NCBI GenBank assembly: GCA_964496285.1
Contig: CAZBXW010000009.1
Location: 7,366 to 71,365 of the forward strand
Length of the DNA: 64,000 nucleotides
Direction of reading: 5' to 3'
Source: an uncultured Phycisphaera sp.
GTDB lineage: Bacteria; Planctomycetota; Phycisphaerae; Phycisphaerales; Phycisphaeraceae
Shown here one piece after another: positions 30,921-39,980 of this stretch. A program made the position numbers and the translations under genes. Under the pieces are notes generated by a model, which had not been told where the DNA came from, ran no database searches, and worked only from the letters and a program-made list of their open reading frames with translations. Every line of letters starts with the position of its first letter. The first letter of the stretch is position 1.

Positions 30921-31235
30921 ATGGCCACCGCCACCGCAAGCCCCGTGAAGATCCGCCCGCTCAACGACAAGATTCTCGTCAAGCGCGTCGAGGCGCAGAC
31001 GAAGACCAAGAGCGGCATCTTCCTCCCCGAGTCCGCCAAAGAGAAGCCGCAGGAGGCCAGCGTCGTGGCGGTGGGCGAGGGCAAACTGCTCGACAACGGC
31101 CAGCGCGCCGCCTTCCAGGTCAAGAAGGGCGACAAGATCCTCCTCTCCAAGTGGGGCGGCACCGAAGTGAAGATCGACGACGTGGAGTACCTGATCATCT
31201 CCGAGGACGACGTGCTGGGCGTGGTCGAAGACTAA
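30921..31235 (+). CDS. groES: co-chaperonin GroES, copy B
   Basis: VKIRPLNDKILVKRVEAQTKTKSGIFLP...VVAVGEGK. GGAG upstream of ATG 30921. The rest of ORF 30240..31235 is read-through. Confidence 0.9.
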   Translation: MATATASPVKIRPLNDKILVKRVEAQTKTKSGIFLPESAKEKPQEASVVAVGEGKLLDNGQRAAFQVKKGDKILLSKWGGTEVKIDDVEYLIISEDDVLGVVED

Positions 31236-31304
31236 CGATCGTAATCTGCGGATCAACTCACAAGCTCAAACCCAAACTATAAAACCCATCAGGAGCATCT
31301 CATC

Positions 31305-32960
31305 ATGGCAGCAAAACTCATCAAGTTCGACACCGAGGCGCGTGAAGCGATCCGTCGCGGCGTGGCCAAGCTCGCGCGGGCCGTCAAGGTCACGCTCGGG
31401 CCCTCGGGCCGCGTCGTGGTCCTGCAGAAATCCTTCGGCTCGCCCTCCGTCACCAAGGACGGCGTGACCGTGGCCAAGGAGATCGAGCTCGAGGACGCGA
31501 TGGAGAACATCGGCGCCCAGATGGTCAAGGAGGTCGCCTCCAAGTCCAGCAAGGACGCGGGCGACGGCACCACCACCGCCACCATCTACGCCGAGGCCCT
31601 GTTCACCGAGGGCCTGAAGAACATCACCGCCGGCGCCAACGCCAACCAGATCAAGCGCGGCATCGACAAGGCGGTGGACGCCGTCGTCGCCGAGCTGGCC
31701 AAGATGTCCAAGAAGATCTCCTCCAGTCAGGAGATCGCGCAGGTGGGCACCTGCGCCGCCAACGCCGACAAGGCCATCGGCGACATCATCGCCCAGGCCA
31801 TGGACAAGGTGGGCAAGGACGGCGTGATCACCGTCGAAGAGGGCAAGAGCCTGGACACCACCGTCGAGCTCGTCGAGGGCATGCAGTTCGACAAGGGCTA
31901 CCTCAGCCCGCACTTCGTCACCGACGCGGGCAAGAGCGAAGCGGTGCTGGAAGACTGCTACGTGCTCATCCACGAGAAGAAGATCACCAGCGCCAAGGAC
32001 CTGGTGCCGCTGCTGGGCAAGATCGCCGAGGCCGGCCGCAGCGTGCTGATCATCGCCGAAGAGGTCGAGGGCGAAGCGCTGGCGACGCTGGTGGTCAACC
32101 GTCTGCGTGGCGTGCTCAAGTGCGCCGCGGTCAAGGCGCCGGGCTTCGGCGACCGCCGCAAGGCCATGCTCGAGGACATCGCCACCCTCACCGGCGGCCG
32201 CGCCATCATGGAAGAGCTGGGCATCCAGCTCGAACACGTGGCCATCAGTGATCTTGGCCGCGCCAAGAAGATCGTCATCGACAAGGAAAACACCACGATC
32301 ATCGAGGGCGCGGGCAAGAGCGCGGACATCAAGGGCCGCATCGAGGCCATCAAGCGCGAGATCGAGCGCACCACCAGCGACTACGACCGCGAGAAGCTCC
32401 AGGAACGCCTGGCCAAGCTCGCCGGCGGTGTGGCGCAGATCAACGTCGGAGCCGCCACCGAGAGCGAGATGAAGGAGAAGAAGGCGCGCGTCGAGGACGC
32501 CATGCACGCCTGCCGCGCCGCGGTGGAAGAGGGCATCCTCCCCGGCGGCGGCGTCTCGGTCATCCGCGCCCGCAAGGTGCTCGAAAACCTCAAGGGCCTG
32601 GTGGGCGACGAGCAGATCGGCGTGGACATCGTCCGCCGCGCCCTGTCCGCCCCCATCAAGCAGATCGCCGAAAACGCCGGGCTCGACGGCTCCGTTGTCG
32701 CGCAGAACGTCGAGCAGGCCAAGGACGTGAACCACGGCTACAACGCCCTGACGCACGAGTACGGCGACCTGGTCAAGATGGGGGTGATTGTCCCGACCAA
32801 GGTCGAACGCATCGCCCTGCAGAACGCCAGCTCCATCGCCGGTCTTCTGCTCACCACCGACGCGGTGGTCAGCGAGATCAAAGAGAAGAAGGCAGCCCCC
32901 GCGGGCGGCCCCGGTGGCGGCATGGGCGGCATGGGCGGTATGGACGATATGGATTATTGA
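31305..32960 (+). CDS. groEL: chaperonin GroEL, paralog 3 (canonical GGM tail)
   Basis: Full-length Cpn60. The tail ends [18 protein letters not shown]. Confidence 0.95.
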   Translation: MAAKLIKFDTEAREAIRRGVAKLARAVKVTLGPSGRVVVLQKSFGSPSVTKDGVTVAKEIELEDAMENIGAQMVKEVASKSSKDAGDGTTTATIYAEALFTEGLKNITAGANANQIKRGIDKAVDAVVAELAKMSKKISSSQEIAQVGTCAANADKAIGDIIAQAMDKVGKDGVITVEEGKSLDTTVELVEGMQFDKGYLSPHFVTDAGKSEAVLEDCYVLIHEKKITSAKDLVPLLGKIAEAGRSVLIIAEEVEGEALATLVVNRLRGVLKCAAVKAPGFGDRRKAMLEDIATLTGGRAIMEELGIQLEHVAISDLGRAKKIVIDKENTTIIEGAGKSADIKGRIEAIKREIERTTSDYDREKLQERLAKLAGGVAQINVGAATESEMKEKKARVEDAMHACRAAVEEGILPGGGVSVIRARKVLENLKGLVGDEQIGVDIVRRALSAPIKQIAENAGLDGSVVAQNVEQAKDVNHGYNALTHEYGDLVKMGVIVPTKVERIALQNASSIAGLLLTTDAVVSEIKEKKAAPAGGPGGGMGGMGGMDDMDY

Positions 32961-32992
32961 TCCATCGCCCGCGACAATTCGATTCCCCTCAT

Positions 32993-33021
32993 TTAGCCCC
33001 GGGTCATTGACCCGGGGCTAA
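32993..33021. terminator. bidirectional stem-loop between convergent groEL3 and apgM
   Basis: 13-bp perfect stem TTAGCCCCGGGTC / GACCCGGGGCTAA with a 3-nt loop. Confidence 0.65.
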
Positions 33022-33031
33022 ATCGTGGTGG

Positions 33032-34237
33032 TCAGCTTAGGCCGCTGAAGAGGAAATACTCCATCAGTTCGTGGCCGAAGCGGATGTGCAGGTCGGAGTT
33101 CCGGGCGTGGGCTTCGCTCAAGGGGCGTTGCAGGACCGCGTTGATGCGTTTGCCTGCCATGGCGAAGGGGACGGGCGTGGCGTCGTGCTTGCGTGTGCTC
33201 ACGGCGGTGTAGTGGTCGGGGAGATAGAGCAGTCGCCAGTCTTCGCCGGTGGCCTGGAGTGCTGCGTGGAGGGGCCCGACGATGTGCCGGTCGATGGCTT
33301 CGATGGCGGCGACCTTCGTCCTGGCGTCCGCGGCGTGCGAGGCTTCGTCGGGCGCCTCCACATGAACGCAGACCAGGTCGTACCTGGCCAGGGCGTCGAT
33401 GGCGTGGCGCCCCGCTGCGGCGTAGTCGGTGTCGTGGTAGCTCGTCTGGCCCGGGACGTTCAGGCGATCCCAGCCGATGTAGCTGGCGATGCCCGCCAGC
33501 AGGTCCACCGCGGTGATCATCGCCCCGCGCAGGCCGAAGCGCGACTCGAAGCTCGGCACCGTGGGCTTCTGACCCTGGCCCCAGGGCCAGACATGTGTGG
33601 CGGGGAACTCGCCCAGTTCGATTCGCGTCTGGTTGACTTCGTGATGCGCCAGCGCCACCTCGCTCTGCGCGATCATGCGTTGGAGCAGTTCGGCGTGCTC
33701 GCCGCCCACGGGCAGGTGCTTGCGGATCGGCTCGCCCGGCACGTCGTGCGGCGGGGTCGTCTTGAGCTCCGACCAGTCCCGGCCGCCGCTGTCGACCATG
33801 ATGTTGCGGTAGCTCACGCCCGGGTAGAGCGTCATGCCCGGCAGGTCCAGTTGCTTGGCGAGGTCCTCGAGCAATCGAGAGCCTTCCTCGGTGCTGATGT
33901 GCCCCGCGGAGTGGTCCTGCATCTTGCCCTCGATCACGGTCACGAGGTTGACGCGGAAGACCCAGTCGGTGGGCTTCATGTCGATGCCCAGTGCAGCGGC
34001 TTCGAGGGGGGCGCGGCCCTTGTGGAACTTGCGCGGGTCGTAGCCCAGCAGCGACATGGAGCAAACGTCCGAGCCGCACGGGAACCCGTCCGGCGTGGTG
34101 GCGACGGTGCCCTGTCGGCCTTGGATCGCCAGGCGGTCGGTGTGCGGTTTGTTCGCCGCCTCGAAGGCGCTTTTGCCGCCCAGTTCCTCCAGCGGATGGT
34201 CCGCCGCCCCGTCGGGGATGATGATGACGTACTTCAT
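33032..34237 (-). CDS. apgM: cofactor-independent phosphoglycerate mutase, archaeal-type (ApgM family)
   Basis: MKYVIIIPDGAADHP...KPHTD...GSDV metalloenzyme motifs. Start trimmed to ATG 34237. Confidence 0.85.
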   Translation of the reverse strand: MKYVIIIPDGAADHPLEELGGKSAFEAANKPHTDRLAIQGRQGTVATTPDGFPCGSDVCSMSLLGYDPRKFHKGRAPLEAAALGIDMKPTDWVFRVNLVTVIEGKMQDHSAGHISTEEGSRLLEDLAKQLDLPGMTLYPGVSYRNIMVDSGGRDWSELKTTPPHDVPGEPIRKHLPVGGEHAELLQRMIAQSEVALAHHEVNQTRIELGEFPATHVWPWGQGQKPTVPSFESRFGLRGAMITAVDLLAGIASYIGWDRLNVPGQTSYHDTDYAAAGRHAIDALARYDLVCVHVEAPDEASHAADARTKVAAIEAIDRHIVGPLHAALQATGEDWRLLYLPDHYTAVSTRKHDATPVPFAMAGKRINAVLQRPLSEAHARNSDLHIRFGHELMEYFLFSGLS

Positions 34238-34265
34238 GGGCCGGTATTGTAAGCAACAGCCGCGC

Positions 34266-34373
34266 GACCGCGGCGCAGCCGGGCAATCCCGGAATCTCGG
34301 CGATGAACGCCTGGTTCGGCTGGCTCCAGTCGATGATGACCCCGTAACGCGTCGGAGTCTCATTGTTCGCCAT
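34266..34373 (-). pseudogene. truncated hicB antitoxin remnant
   Basis: The first ~36 codons (MANNETPTRYGVIIDWSQPNQAFIAEIPGLPGCAAV) look like a HicB N-terminus. The frame then runs out-of-frame across apgM (ORF 33018..34373) with no further HicB similarity. Confidence 0.55.
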
Positions 34374-34614
34374 ATCGGGTGATGAGCTGTCGGACTTGCT
34401 TGACCTGATACGGCTTGGCGCCTCCGCCGGGCAGCGGTTGGCGATTGATCATCTCTTCGATCCCCGACTTCCAGCAGATGTGATGCCCGCCTTTGACCCG
34501 ATGACGGAACCCTCGCGAGTCAAGCGCTCGCTGCAGGTCCGCAAACCTCGGATTCGCATCCGCGCGGCCGCTCAGTACGCGGGTGAGTGTCTTTTCGAGA
34601 GAGGACATCTGCAC
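34360..34614 (-). CDS. hicA: HicA-family toxin (second subtype)
   Basis: 84 aa. FADLQRALDSRGFRHRVKGGHHICW...GGGAKPYQVKQVRQLI matches the GSHH / KPYQVKQVR HicA pattern. Confidence 0.75.
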   Translation of the reverse strand: MQMSSLEKTLTRVLSGRADANPRFADLQRALDSRGFRHRVKGGHHICWKSGIEEMINRQPLPGGGAKPYQVKQVRQLITRYGEQ

Positions 34615-34665
34615 TCGGCTTCTTCGCGCTCTTCGCGGGCTTTGCGGGACAGTGCCTTGCGATTC

Positions 34666-35145
34666 TCACTGCTCCGCGGGCAGCGGCTTGCTCTTGCTCT
34701 TGGGGGCGGCGATGGGCGTGCCCAGCATGTCGAGTTTCTTCTCGAGGGTGCTGCTCATGCGTTCGAGCGTGGTGGTGACGAGGAACTTCTTGATGGCCGT
34801 GCGGATGGTCTTCCACTGGTCGTGCTGCGGGCAGGGCTGCTCGTCGTTGCACTTGGCCATACCCACGACGCAGTGGTCGAACTGTTCGCCGCCGTCGACC
34901 ACAGCGACGATGTCGTAGAGCGTGATCTGGCTGGGCTTGCGTGCCAGGGCGAAGCCGCCGCCGCGGCCCTTGGCGCTGATGAGCAGGTTCTTGCGGACCA
35001 GCTCCTGGAAAATCTTGGCCACGAAGTGACGCGGCAGGTCGGTCCCGGCACATAACTCGTCCAGGAGCACATAACCATCGGGCCGGAGCAGCGCCAGGCG
35101 GGACATGGCACGGATCGCGTAAGAACAAGCGTTGGAGTAGATCAT
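34666..35145 (-). CDS. Rrf2-family transcriptional regulator
   Basis: N-terminal wHTH pattern YAIRAMSRLAL...LPRHFVAKIFQELVRKNLLISAKGRGGGFALA. Confidence 0.9.
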   Translation of the reverse strand: MIYSNACSYAIRAMSRLALLRPDGYVLLDELCAGTDLPRHFVAKIFQELVRKNLLISAKGRGGGFALARKPSQITLYDIVAVVDGGEQFDHCVVGMAKCNDEQPCPQHDQWKTIRTAIKKFLVTTTLERMSSTLEKKLDMLGTPIAAPKSKSKPLPAEQ

Positions 35146-35289
35146 GAGGCTTGCGTCCTGACGGGGCTTATCTTCGGACCCTCCCCGAAGCGTCTCACCA
35201 CCATGGTGAAGCAGGCGTCGCCGAATGATGATACCTGATTATCCGATATAAATACCATCTTCAGGGTGCTCTTTGCAAGGAGTTGTTCT

Positions 35290-36387
35290 ATGAGTCCCAG
35301 CGTCATGCGTCGAATCGGCGTGCTCACGGGTGGGGGCGATTGTCCGGGTCTGAACGCGGTGATTCGAGCCGTCACCAAGACCGCGGTCTACGAGCATCAT
35401 CTGCAGGTGGTGGGCATCGAGGACGCCTTTCTGGGGCTGATCGAGAATCGCATGCGCGACCTGAGCTCCTCGGACGTGTCGAACATCCTGACGCTGGGCG
35501 GGACCATCCTGGGCACCACCAACAAGTGCAACCCCGCCAAGCACGCGGTGAAGATCGACGGCAAGACGCAGTTCCTGGACATGACCGATCAGTGCCTGGC
35601 GAACCTCCGACAGCGCGGCATCGACGCCCTGATCGTGATCGGCGGCGACGGCACCATGAGCGGCGCCGCCAACTTCGTCCGCAAGGGCGTCAACTGCATC
35701 GGCGTGCCCAAGACCATCGACAACGATCTGCACGGCACCGACGTGACCTTCGGGTTCGCCTCCGCGGTGCAGACCGCCTCGGACGCGCTGGACCGCGTGC
35801 ACACCACCGCGGCTTCGCACCACCGCGCCATGATCGTGGAAGTCATGGGCCGCAACGCCGGTTGGATCGCCCTGCACGCGGGCATCGCCTCCGGAGCGGA
35901 CGTCATCCTGCTGCCGGAGATCCCTTTCGACATCGAGAAGATCTGCCACGCGGTCACGCACCGGTCGCAGTCCGGGCGACGCTTCACCATCATCTGCGTC
36001 TCCGAGGGCGCTCGGCCCAAGGACGGCAAGCAGGTCGTGGACCGTGTGGACCCCACCAGCCCCGACCCGATCAGGCTCGGCGGGGTGGGCAAACTCATCG
36101 CCTCGCAGATCGAGGAGAGGACCGGCATCGAGACACGCACCACGGTGCTGGGCCATGTGCAGCGCGGCGGAACCCCCGTGCCCGAGGACCGCGTGCTGGG
36201 CACACGATTCGGCCACGCCGCGGTCGAGGCGCTGATGAGCGGCAAGCAGAACCGCCTGATCGTCATGAAGGGCCAGGACGTCACCGACGTGGAGCTTCTG
36301 GCGGCGGAGAACAAGCAGCGCCTCGTGGAGCCCGACCACCCGCTGCTGCTGGCCGCCCGCGCCGTGGGCACGACCTTCGGCGATTAA
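35290..36387 (+). CDS. 6-phosphofructokinase, PfkA family (GGDG / PKTIDND signature)
   Basis: RIGVLTGGGDCPGLNAVIRAV, IVIGGDGTMSGA, GVPKTIDNDL, MGRNAGW. Start ATG 35290 (alternative 35305). Confidence 0.9.
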   Translation: MSPSVMRRIGVLTGGGDCPGLNAVIRAVTKTAVYEHHLQVVGIEDAFLGLIENRMRDLSSSDVSNILTLGGTILGTTNKCNPAKHAVKIDGKTQFLDMTDQCLANLRQRGIDALIVIGGDGTMSGAANFVRKGVNCIGVPKTIDNDLHGTDVTFGFASAVQTASDALDRVHTTAASHHRAMIVEVMGRNAGWIALHAGIASGADVILLPEIPFDIEKICHAVTHRSQSGRRFTIICVSEGARPKDGKQVVDRVDPTSPDPIRLGGVGKLIASQIEERTGIETRTTVLGHVQRGGTPVPEDRVLGTRFGHAAVEALMSGKQNRLIVMKGQDVTDVELLAAENKQRLVEPDHPLLLAARAVGTTFGD

Positions 36388-37187
36388 CCGGCGCTGAGCA
36401 TCCGCACCTCGCGCTGCGGGAAGGGGATGTTGATCCGCTGCTCGCGGAAGGCCTCGACGATGGCCTTGTTGAAGTCCACCTCCGCCTGGCCGTAGTCCGG
36501 CACTGGAACCCACGGGGCGACCACCAGCGTGATCTGCGAATCGTCGAGCGAAACCACGCCCACCCGCGGTTCGTTGTCTTTGAGAACGCGCGGATCGCGT
36601 TCGAGCACGTCGTGGATCACCGCCATGGCGCGGGTCAGGTCGGTGTCGTAGGCCACGCCCACGCGCAGGTCCAGCTGCCGAATCTGACCGTAGTTGTGCA
36701 GGACCTCGCCCACGATCTTGCGGTTGGGGATGATCACCCGCGAGCGGTCGGGGTGCGTGAGCGTGGTGTTGAAGAGAGTGATGTCGTCGACCACGCCCTG
36801 CTCGCCCACGATGTCGATAAACTCGCCGACGCGGAAGGGCCTGGTGAAGAGGATGGTCAGTCCAGCGACCATGTTGGACAGAACGCCCTGTGCCGCCAGG
36901 CCCAACCCCACGCCGATCACGCCCGCGCCGGCGATCAGCGGCAGCACGTCCACCCCGAAGCGCGAGAGCGCCAGGATGCCCACGAACACCAGCACCAGCA
37001 CGCGAGCGGTCTTGACCAGCAGGTTCTTCACCGGCGGCTCCAAGTTGCGCTTGGCCAGCAGCCGCGCCACCAGACGACCGATCCACATCGCCAGCAGCGA
37101 CCCGACGATCAGGATCAGCACCGCTCCGACGATGCTCATGCCGTACTCGACCACGAACTCCGCGACTTTTTCCTGCAGCGCTTCCAT
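36384..37187 (-). CDS. small-conductance mechanosensitive channel (MscS family)
   Basis: Three N-terminal TM helices, then the MscS beta-domain pattern PFRVGEFIDIVGEQGVVDDITLFNTTL. Confidence 0.9.
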   Translation of the reverse strand: MEALQEKVAEFVVEYGMSIVGAVLILIVGSLLAMWIGRLVARLLAKRNLEPPVKNLLVKTARVLVLVFVGILALSRFGVDVLPLIAGAGVIGVGLGLAAQGVLSNMVAGLTILFTRPFRVGEFIDIVGEQGVVDDITLFNTTLTHPDRSRVIIPNRKIVGEVLHNYGQIRQLDLRVGVAYDTDLTRAMAVIHDVLERDPRVLKDNEPRVGVVSLDDSQITLVVAPWVPVPDYGQAEVDFNKAIVEAFREQRINIPFPQREVRMLSAG

Positions 37188-37285
37188 GGCAGTCTCCTTG
37201 TAGTTGAGGCGGCGATAATCTACCGCAGAAGCCCGTGCCGCTGCGCGGCTGGCGCTGAAGGGCTGGACGGATATACTCGCGGGCG

Positions 37286-38509
37286 ATGTTGAGTGCGGCC
37301 ATCGTCGTATTCGCGGGAATTGCAGCGATGGTGTGGGCTGCGATCAGCCTGAACCCCGCCCGGCGGAACAGCCTGAGCTATCGGTTAGATTTCGATTCAC
37401 CGCCCCCTCCGCCCGCGTCATTTCCGGGGGTGGTCGTCCTCTGTCCGGGACGCAACGAAGCTGAGCACCTGCCCTCGACGCTGCGTGAGTTGTGCGAGCA
37501 GGACTACCCGAACTATCGCGTGGTGTTCATCGACGACCACAGCGACGACGCCACGCCCACGATCACCGCGGAGTTGGCGGCGAAGTTCGCGCACCTCACG
37601 GTGTTCCGCAACGAGATCGAGCCCCCGGAAGGCTGGGTGGGCAAGTGCTGGGCGGTGTACCGCGGCTACGAAGCGCTGCGAGAGCACGAAGCAAGGACCG
37701 GCGAAAAGCGCGCGGAGCTGGTCTGCTTCACCGACGCGGACATCCACTGGGACCCCGACTGCCTGCGTTACGCGGTGGGGCACATGCTCGAACACGACGC
37801 TGGACTGGTGGCGCTTTTTCCGAAGCTGACGTTCGGGTCCAGGCTCGAAGCGCTGGTGCAGTGCCAGATGGTGCTGGCGCTGGGGATTCTCTATCCGTTC
37901 GACTACGCGATGGACCCTAAGCGTCCGGAGATGATCTGCGGCGGAGCGTTCATCCTGACCCGGCGGAGGCTCTACGACGCCATCGGCGGGCACGAGTCGG
38001 TCAAGGGCCAGATCATCGAGGACATTAACCTCGGGCGCAAGCTCAAGCAGGCGGGCGCGAAGGTGCGACTGGCGGTGACCAAGGATTTGTTCCACGGACG
38101 CATGTACGAGAGTTGGCCCGACATGTGGGAAGGGCTGACGAAGAACGCTTACGCGGGGATGGAATATCGGTGGCGGGTATTCGCGTTGGTGGTGTTGGTC
38201 ACGCCGGTGGTGAACATCCTGCCCAGTGCGTGGCTGTTCGTCGCGGGGGCGTTGAGCGTGTGGAGTCCCGGGGTGTGGAGTTACGCGGCGCTGGCGACGT
38301 CGCTGGCGGCGGTGGTGCTGCAAGTGCGGCCGATGAACGCGGTGCGGAAGGTGTTGAACCTGCCTTGGGGCTACGCGTTTTCTTTGCCGGTGGGGTCCGC
38401 GTTGTACCTGTCGATCATCGTGGCGAGTTTCGTGCACTACCACCGTGGGGGAAATCGGTGGAAGGGGCGGAGCTATCGAATCCGGGGGGTCCAGGGGGTC
38501 CGGGGATGA
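37286..38509 (+). CDS. membrane glycosyltransferase, family 2
   Basis: GT2 motifs VVVLCPGRNEAEHL...VVFIDDHSDD...TDADI. C-terminal TM helices. Confidence 0.85.
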   Translation: MLSAAIVVFAGIAAMVWAAISLNPARRNSLSYRLDFDSPPPPPASFPGVVVLCPGRNEAEHLPSTLRELCEQDYPNYRVVFIDDHSDDATPTITAELAAKFAHLTVFRNEIEPPEGWVGKCWAVYRGYEALREHEARTGEKRAELVCFTDADIHWDPDCLRYAVGHMLEHDAGLVALFPKLTFGSRLEALVQCQMVLALGILYPFDYAMDPKRPEMICGGAFILTRRRLYDAIGGHESVKGQIIEDINLGRKLKQAGAKVRLAVTKDLFHGRMYESWPDMWEGLTKNAYAGMEYRWRVFALVVLVTPVVNILPSAWLFVAGALSVWSPGVWSYAALATSLAAVVLQVRPMNAVRKVLNLPWGYAFSLPVGSALYLSIIVASFVHYHRGGNRWKGRSYRIRGVQGVRG

Positions 38510-38541
38510 GTACATCCCCGGCTTACAGAGCCGGGCTGTCC
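38500..38541. repeat. composite REP2 hairpin + partial REP1 (left copy of the direct repeat flanking the GT4 gene)
   Basis: ccggggatgagtacatccccggcttacagagccgggctgtcc overlaps the 3' ends of both convergent glycosyltransferase genes. Confidence 0.75.
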
Positions 38542-39872
38542 TCAGCGCGGTGGAGCAGGTCGAGATGTTGCAGCACGCGGTCGCCCAGGTTCTTGACGGA
38601 GTAGTACTCCGCGACGGTCGGGGCGTTGGCGATGAGCTTTTCGCGCAGGCCCTGCTCGGTGAGCAGTCGGCGCAGCACCTGGGCCAGGTCGCCCGAGTCC
38701 CAGGCTCGGAAGGTCAGGCCCGCGGAGACGCCGTGCGCTTCGATGGCGGTGGCCACGCCGCCCACGTCCGGGACGATCGCGGGACATCTGTGCGCGATGG
38801 CCTCGGCGGGGACCATGCCGAACGGCTCGCGGTGGATCGAGGGATAGACCACGCAGTGCGCCAGGCTGAAGACCGCTGATCGCATCTCGTCGCTGACCGC
38901 TTTGAGCATCCTGAGGTTGCTCAGCCGAAGGTTGCTGGCGATCTCGATGCAGACTCTGCGGTAGAGCTTGCCGAAGAGCGTGGGGCCGCAGACGAGCAGT
39001 TGAAACTGCACGCCCTGCTCCTGGAGCATCTTGGCGGCGTAGAGCAGCAGGTCGATGCCCTTCTCGGCGTTCTGCCTGCCGAGGTAGGCGATCAGGGGCA
39101 GGTCGTCCCGGAAGTTTTTGTCGCGCTGCCGGAGCAGGTCGATGGCGCGGGCGCGGGGCATGGGTGAGCCGGGGGGCACGCCGGGGGGGATGGCCACGAG
39201 CTGCGCGGCGGGGACGCCCACGTCCTGCTCCACGCGCCGGGCGTAGTCGGCGCTCACGGCGATGGCGCGGTAGTCGCTCTGGGTCACCGCCTGGCGCAGT
39301 CTTTCGTAGAACTGCGCCTCGGCGCCCGCCGCCTTGGCGTAGTGGACGTAGAGCTCGTAGCCCTGGAAGGTCACGACGTACTTTGGCGGCGAAGAGAGGC
39401 TCTTTCGCGCCGCGAGGATCCAGTGGCTGAGGATCGAGAGCATCGGCAGCAGGTGCGTGACGCCGGTGCGCCGCAGTTGACCGCTGAATCGCTTGATCAG
39501 CGGTTCGTCGGTCTCCACGCCACGGACCACGTGCAGCACCATGGCGCCCATGACCGCGTCGATGAAGGCGGGGCGTTTCTGGGTGTAGGCGAACCGTCGT
39601 CGGTCGCTGACGATTCGCGTGGTCAGTCGTCCGAGCCACTCCCAGAACGTGGGCAGCGTGCGGTGTCGAAAGCGAAAGGCGTGGGCGAGCCAGTGCTGGG
39701 TGATGCTCGGGCGCAGCGTGAGGGTGCGGTTGCGGTCCATGACCCACCAGACATGGACCGTGTAGCCTCGGTCCGCCAGTTCGTTGGCCAGACGCACGTC
39801 CCGAACCAGAGCCCCCGAGAGCGGACCGCCCAGCAGGATCAGGCCGAAGACCGGCTTGTCGTGGACGGGCAT
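38523..39872 (-). CDS. glycosyltransferase, family 4 (GT-B, Glycos_transf_1)
   Basis: C-terminal EPFGMVPAEAIAHRCPAIVPDVGG motif typical of GT4. Confidence 0.85.
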   Translation of the reverse strand: MPVHDKPVFGLILLGGPLSGALVRDVRLANELADRGYTVHVWWVMDRNRTLTLRPSITQHWLAHAFRFRHRTLPTFWEWLGRLTTRIVSDRRRFAYTQKRPAFIDAVMGAMVLHVVRGVETDEPLIKRFSGQLRRTGVTHLLPMLSILSHWILAARKSLSSPPKYVVTFQGYELYVHYAKAAGAEAQFYERLRQAVTQSDYRAIAVSADYARRVEQDVGVPAAQLVAIPPGVPPGSPMPRARAIDLLRQRDKNFRDDLPLIAYLGRQNAEKGIDLLLYAAKMLQEQGVQFQLLVCGPTLFGKLYRRVCIEIASNLRLSNLRMLKAVSDEMRSAVFSLAHCVVYPSIHREPFGMVPAEAIAHRCPAIVPDVGGVATAIEAHGVSAGLTFRAWDSGDLAQVLRRLLTEQGLREKLIANAPTVAEYYSVKNLGDRVLQHLDLLHRAEDSPAL

Positions 39873-39902
39873 GGGGACAGTGTAGCGGACGGGGGAGGGG
39901 AT

Positions 39903-39976
39903 CCGGGGCTGAGTAGATCCCCGGCTTCACCGAGTTGGGCTGTCCCTCCGAGCCGGGCTGTCCACAGCCCGGTGTC
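39903..39976. repeat. composite REP2 hairpin + partial REP1 + full REP1 (right copy)
   Basis: ccggggctgagtagatccccggcttcaccgagttgggctgtcc is followed by ccgagccgggctgtccacagcccggtgtc. Confidence 0.75.
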
Positions 39977-39980
39977 ATGG

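Noticed and set aside
33018-34373. 451-aa ORF on the minus strand.
   Set aside because: Only its first ~36 codons (HicB-like) look real. The rest is an out-of-frame reading of apgM with an Arg/Pro/Gly-rich translation.
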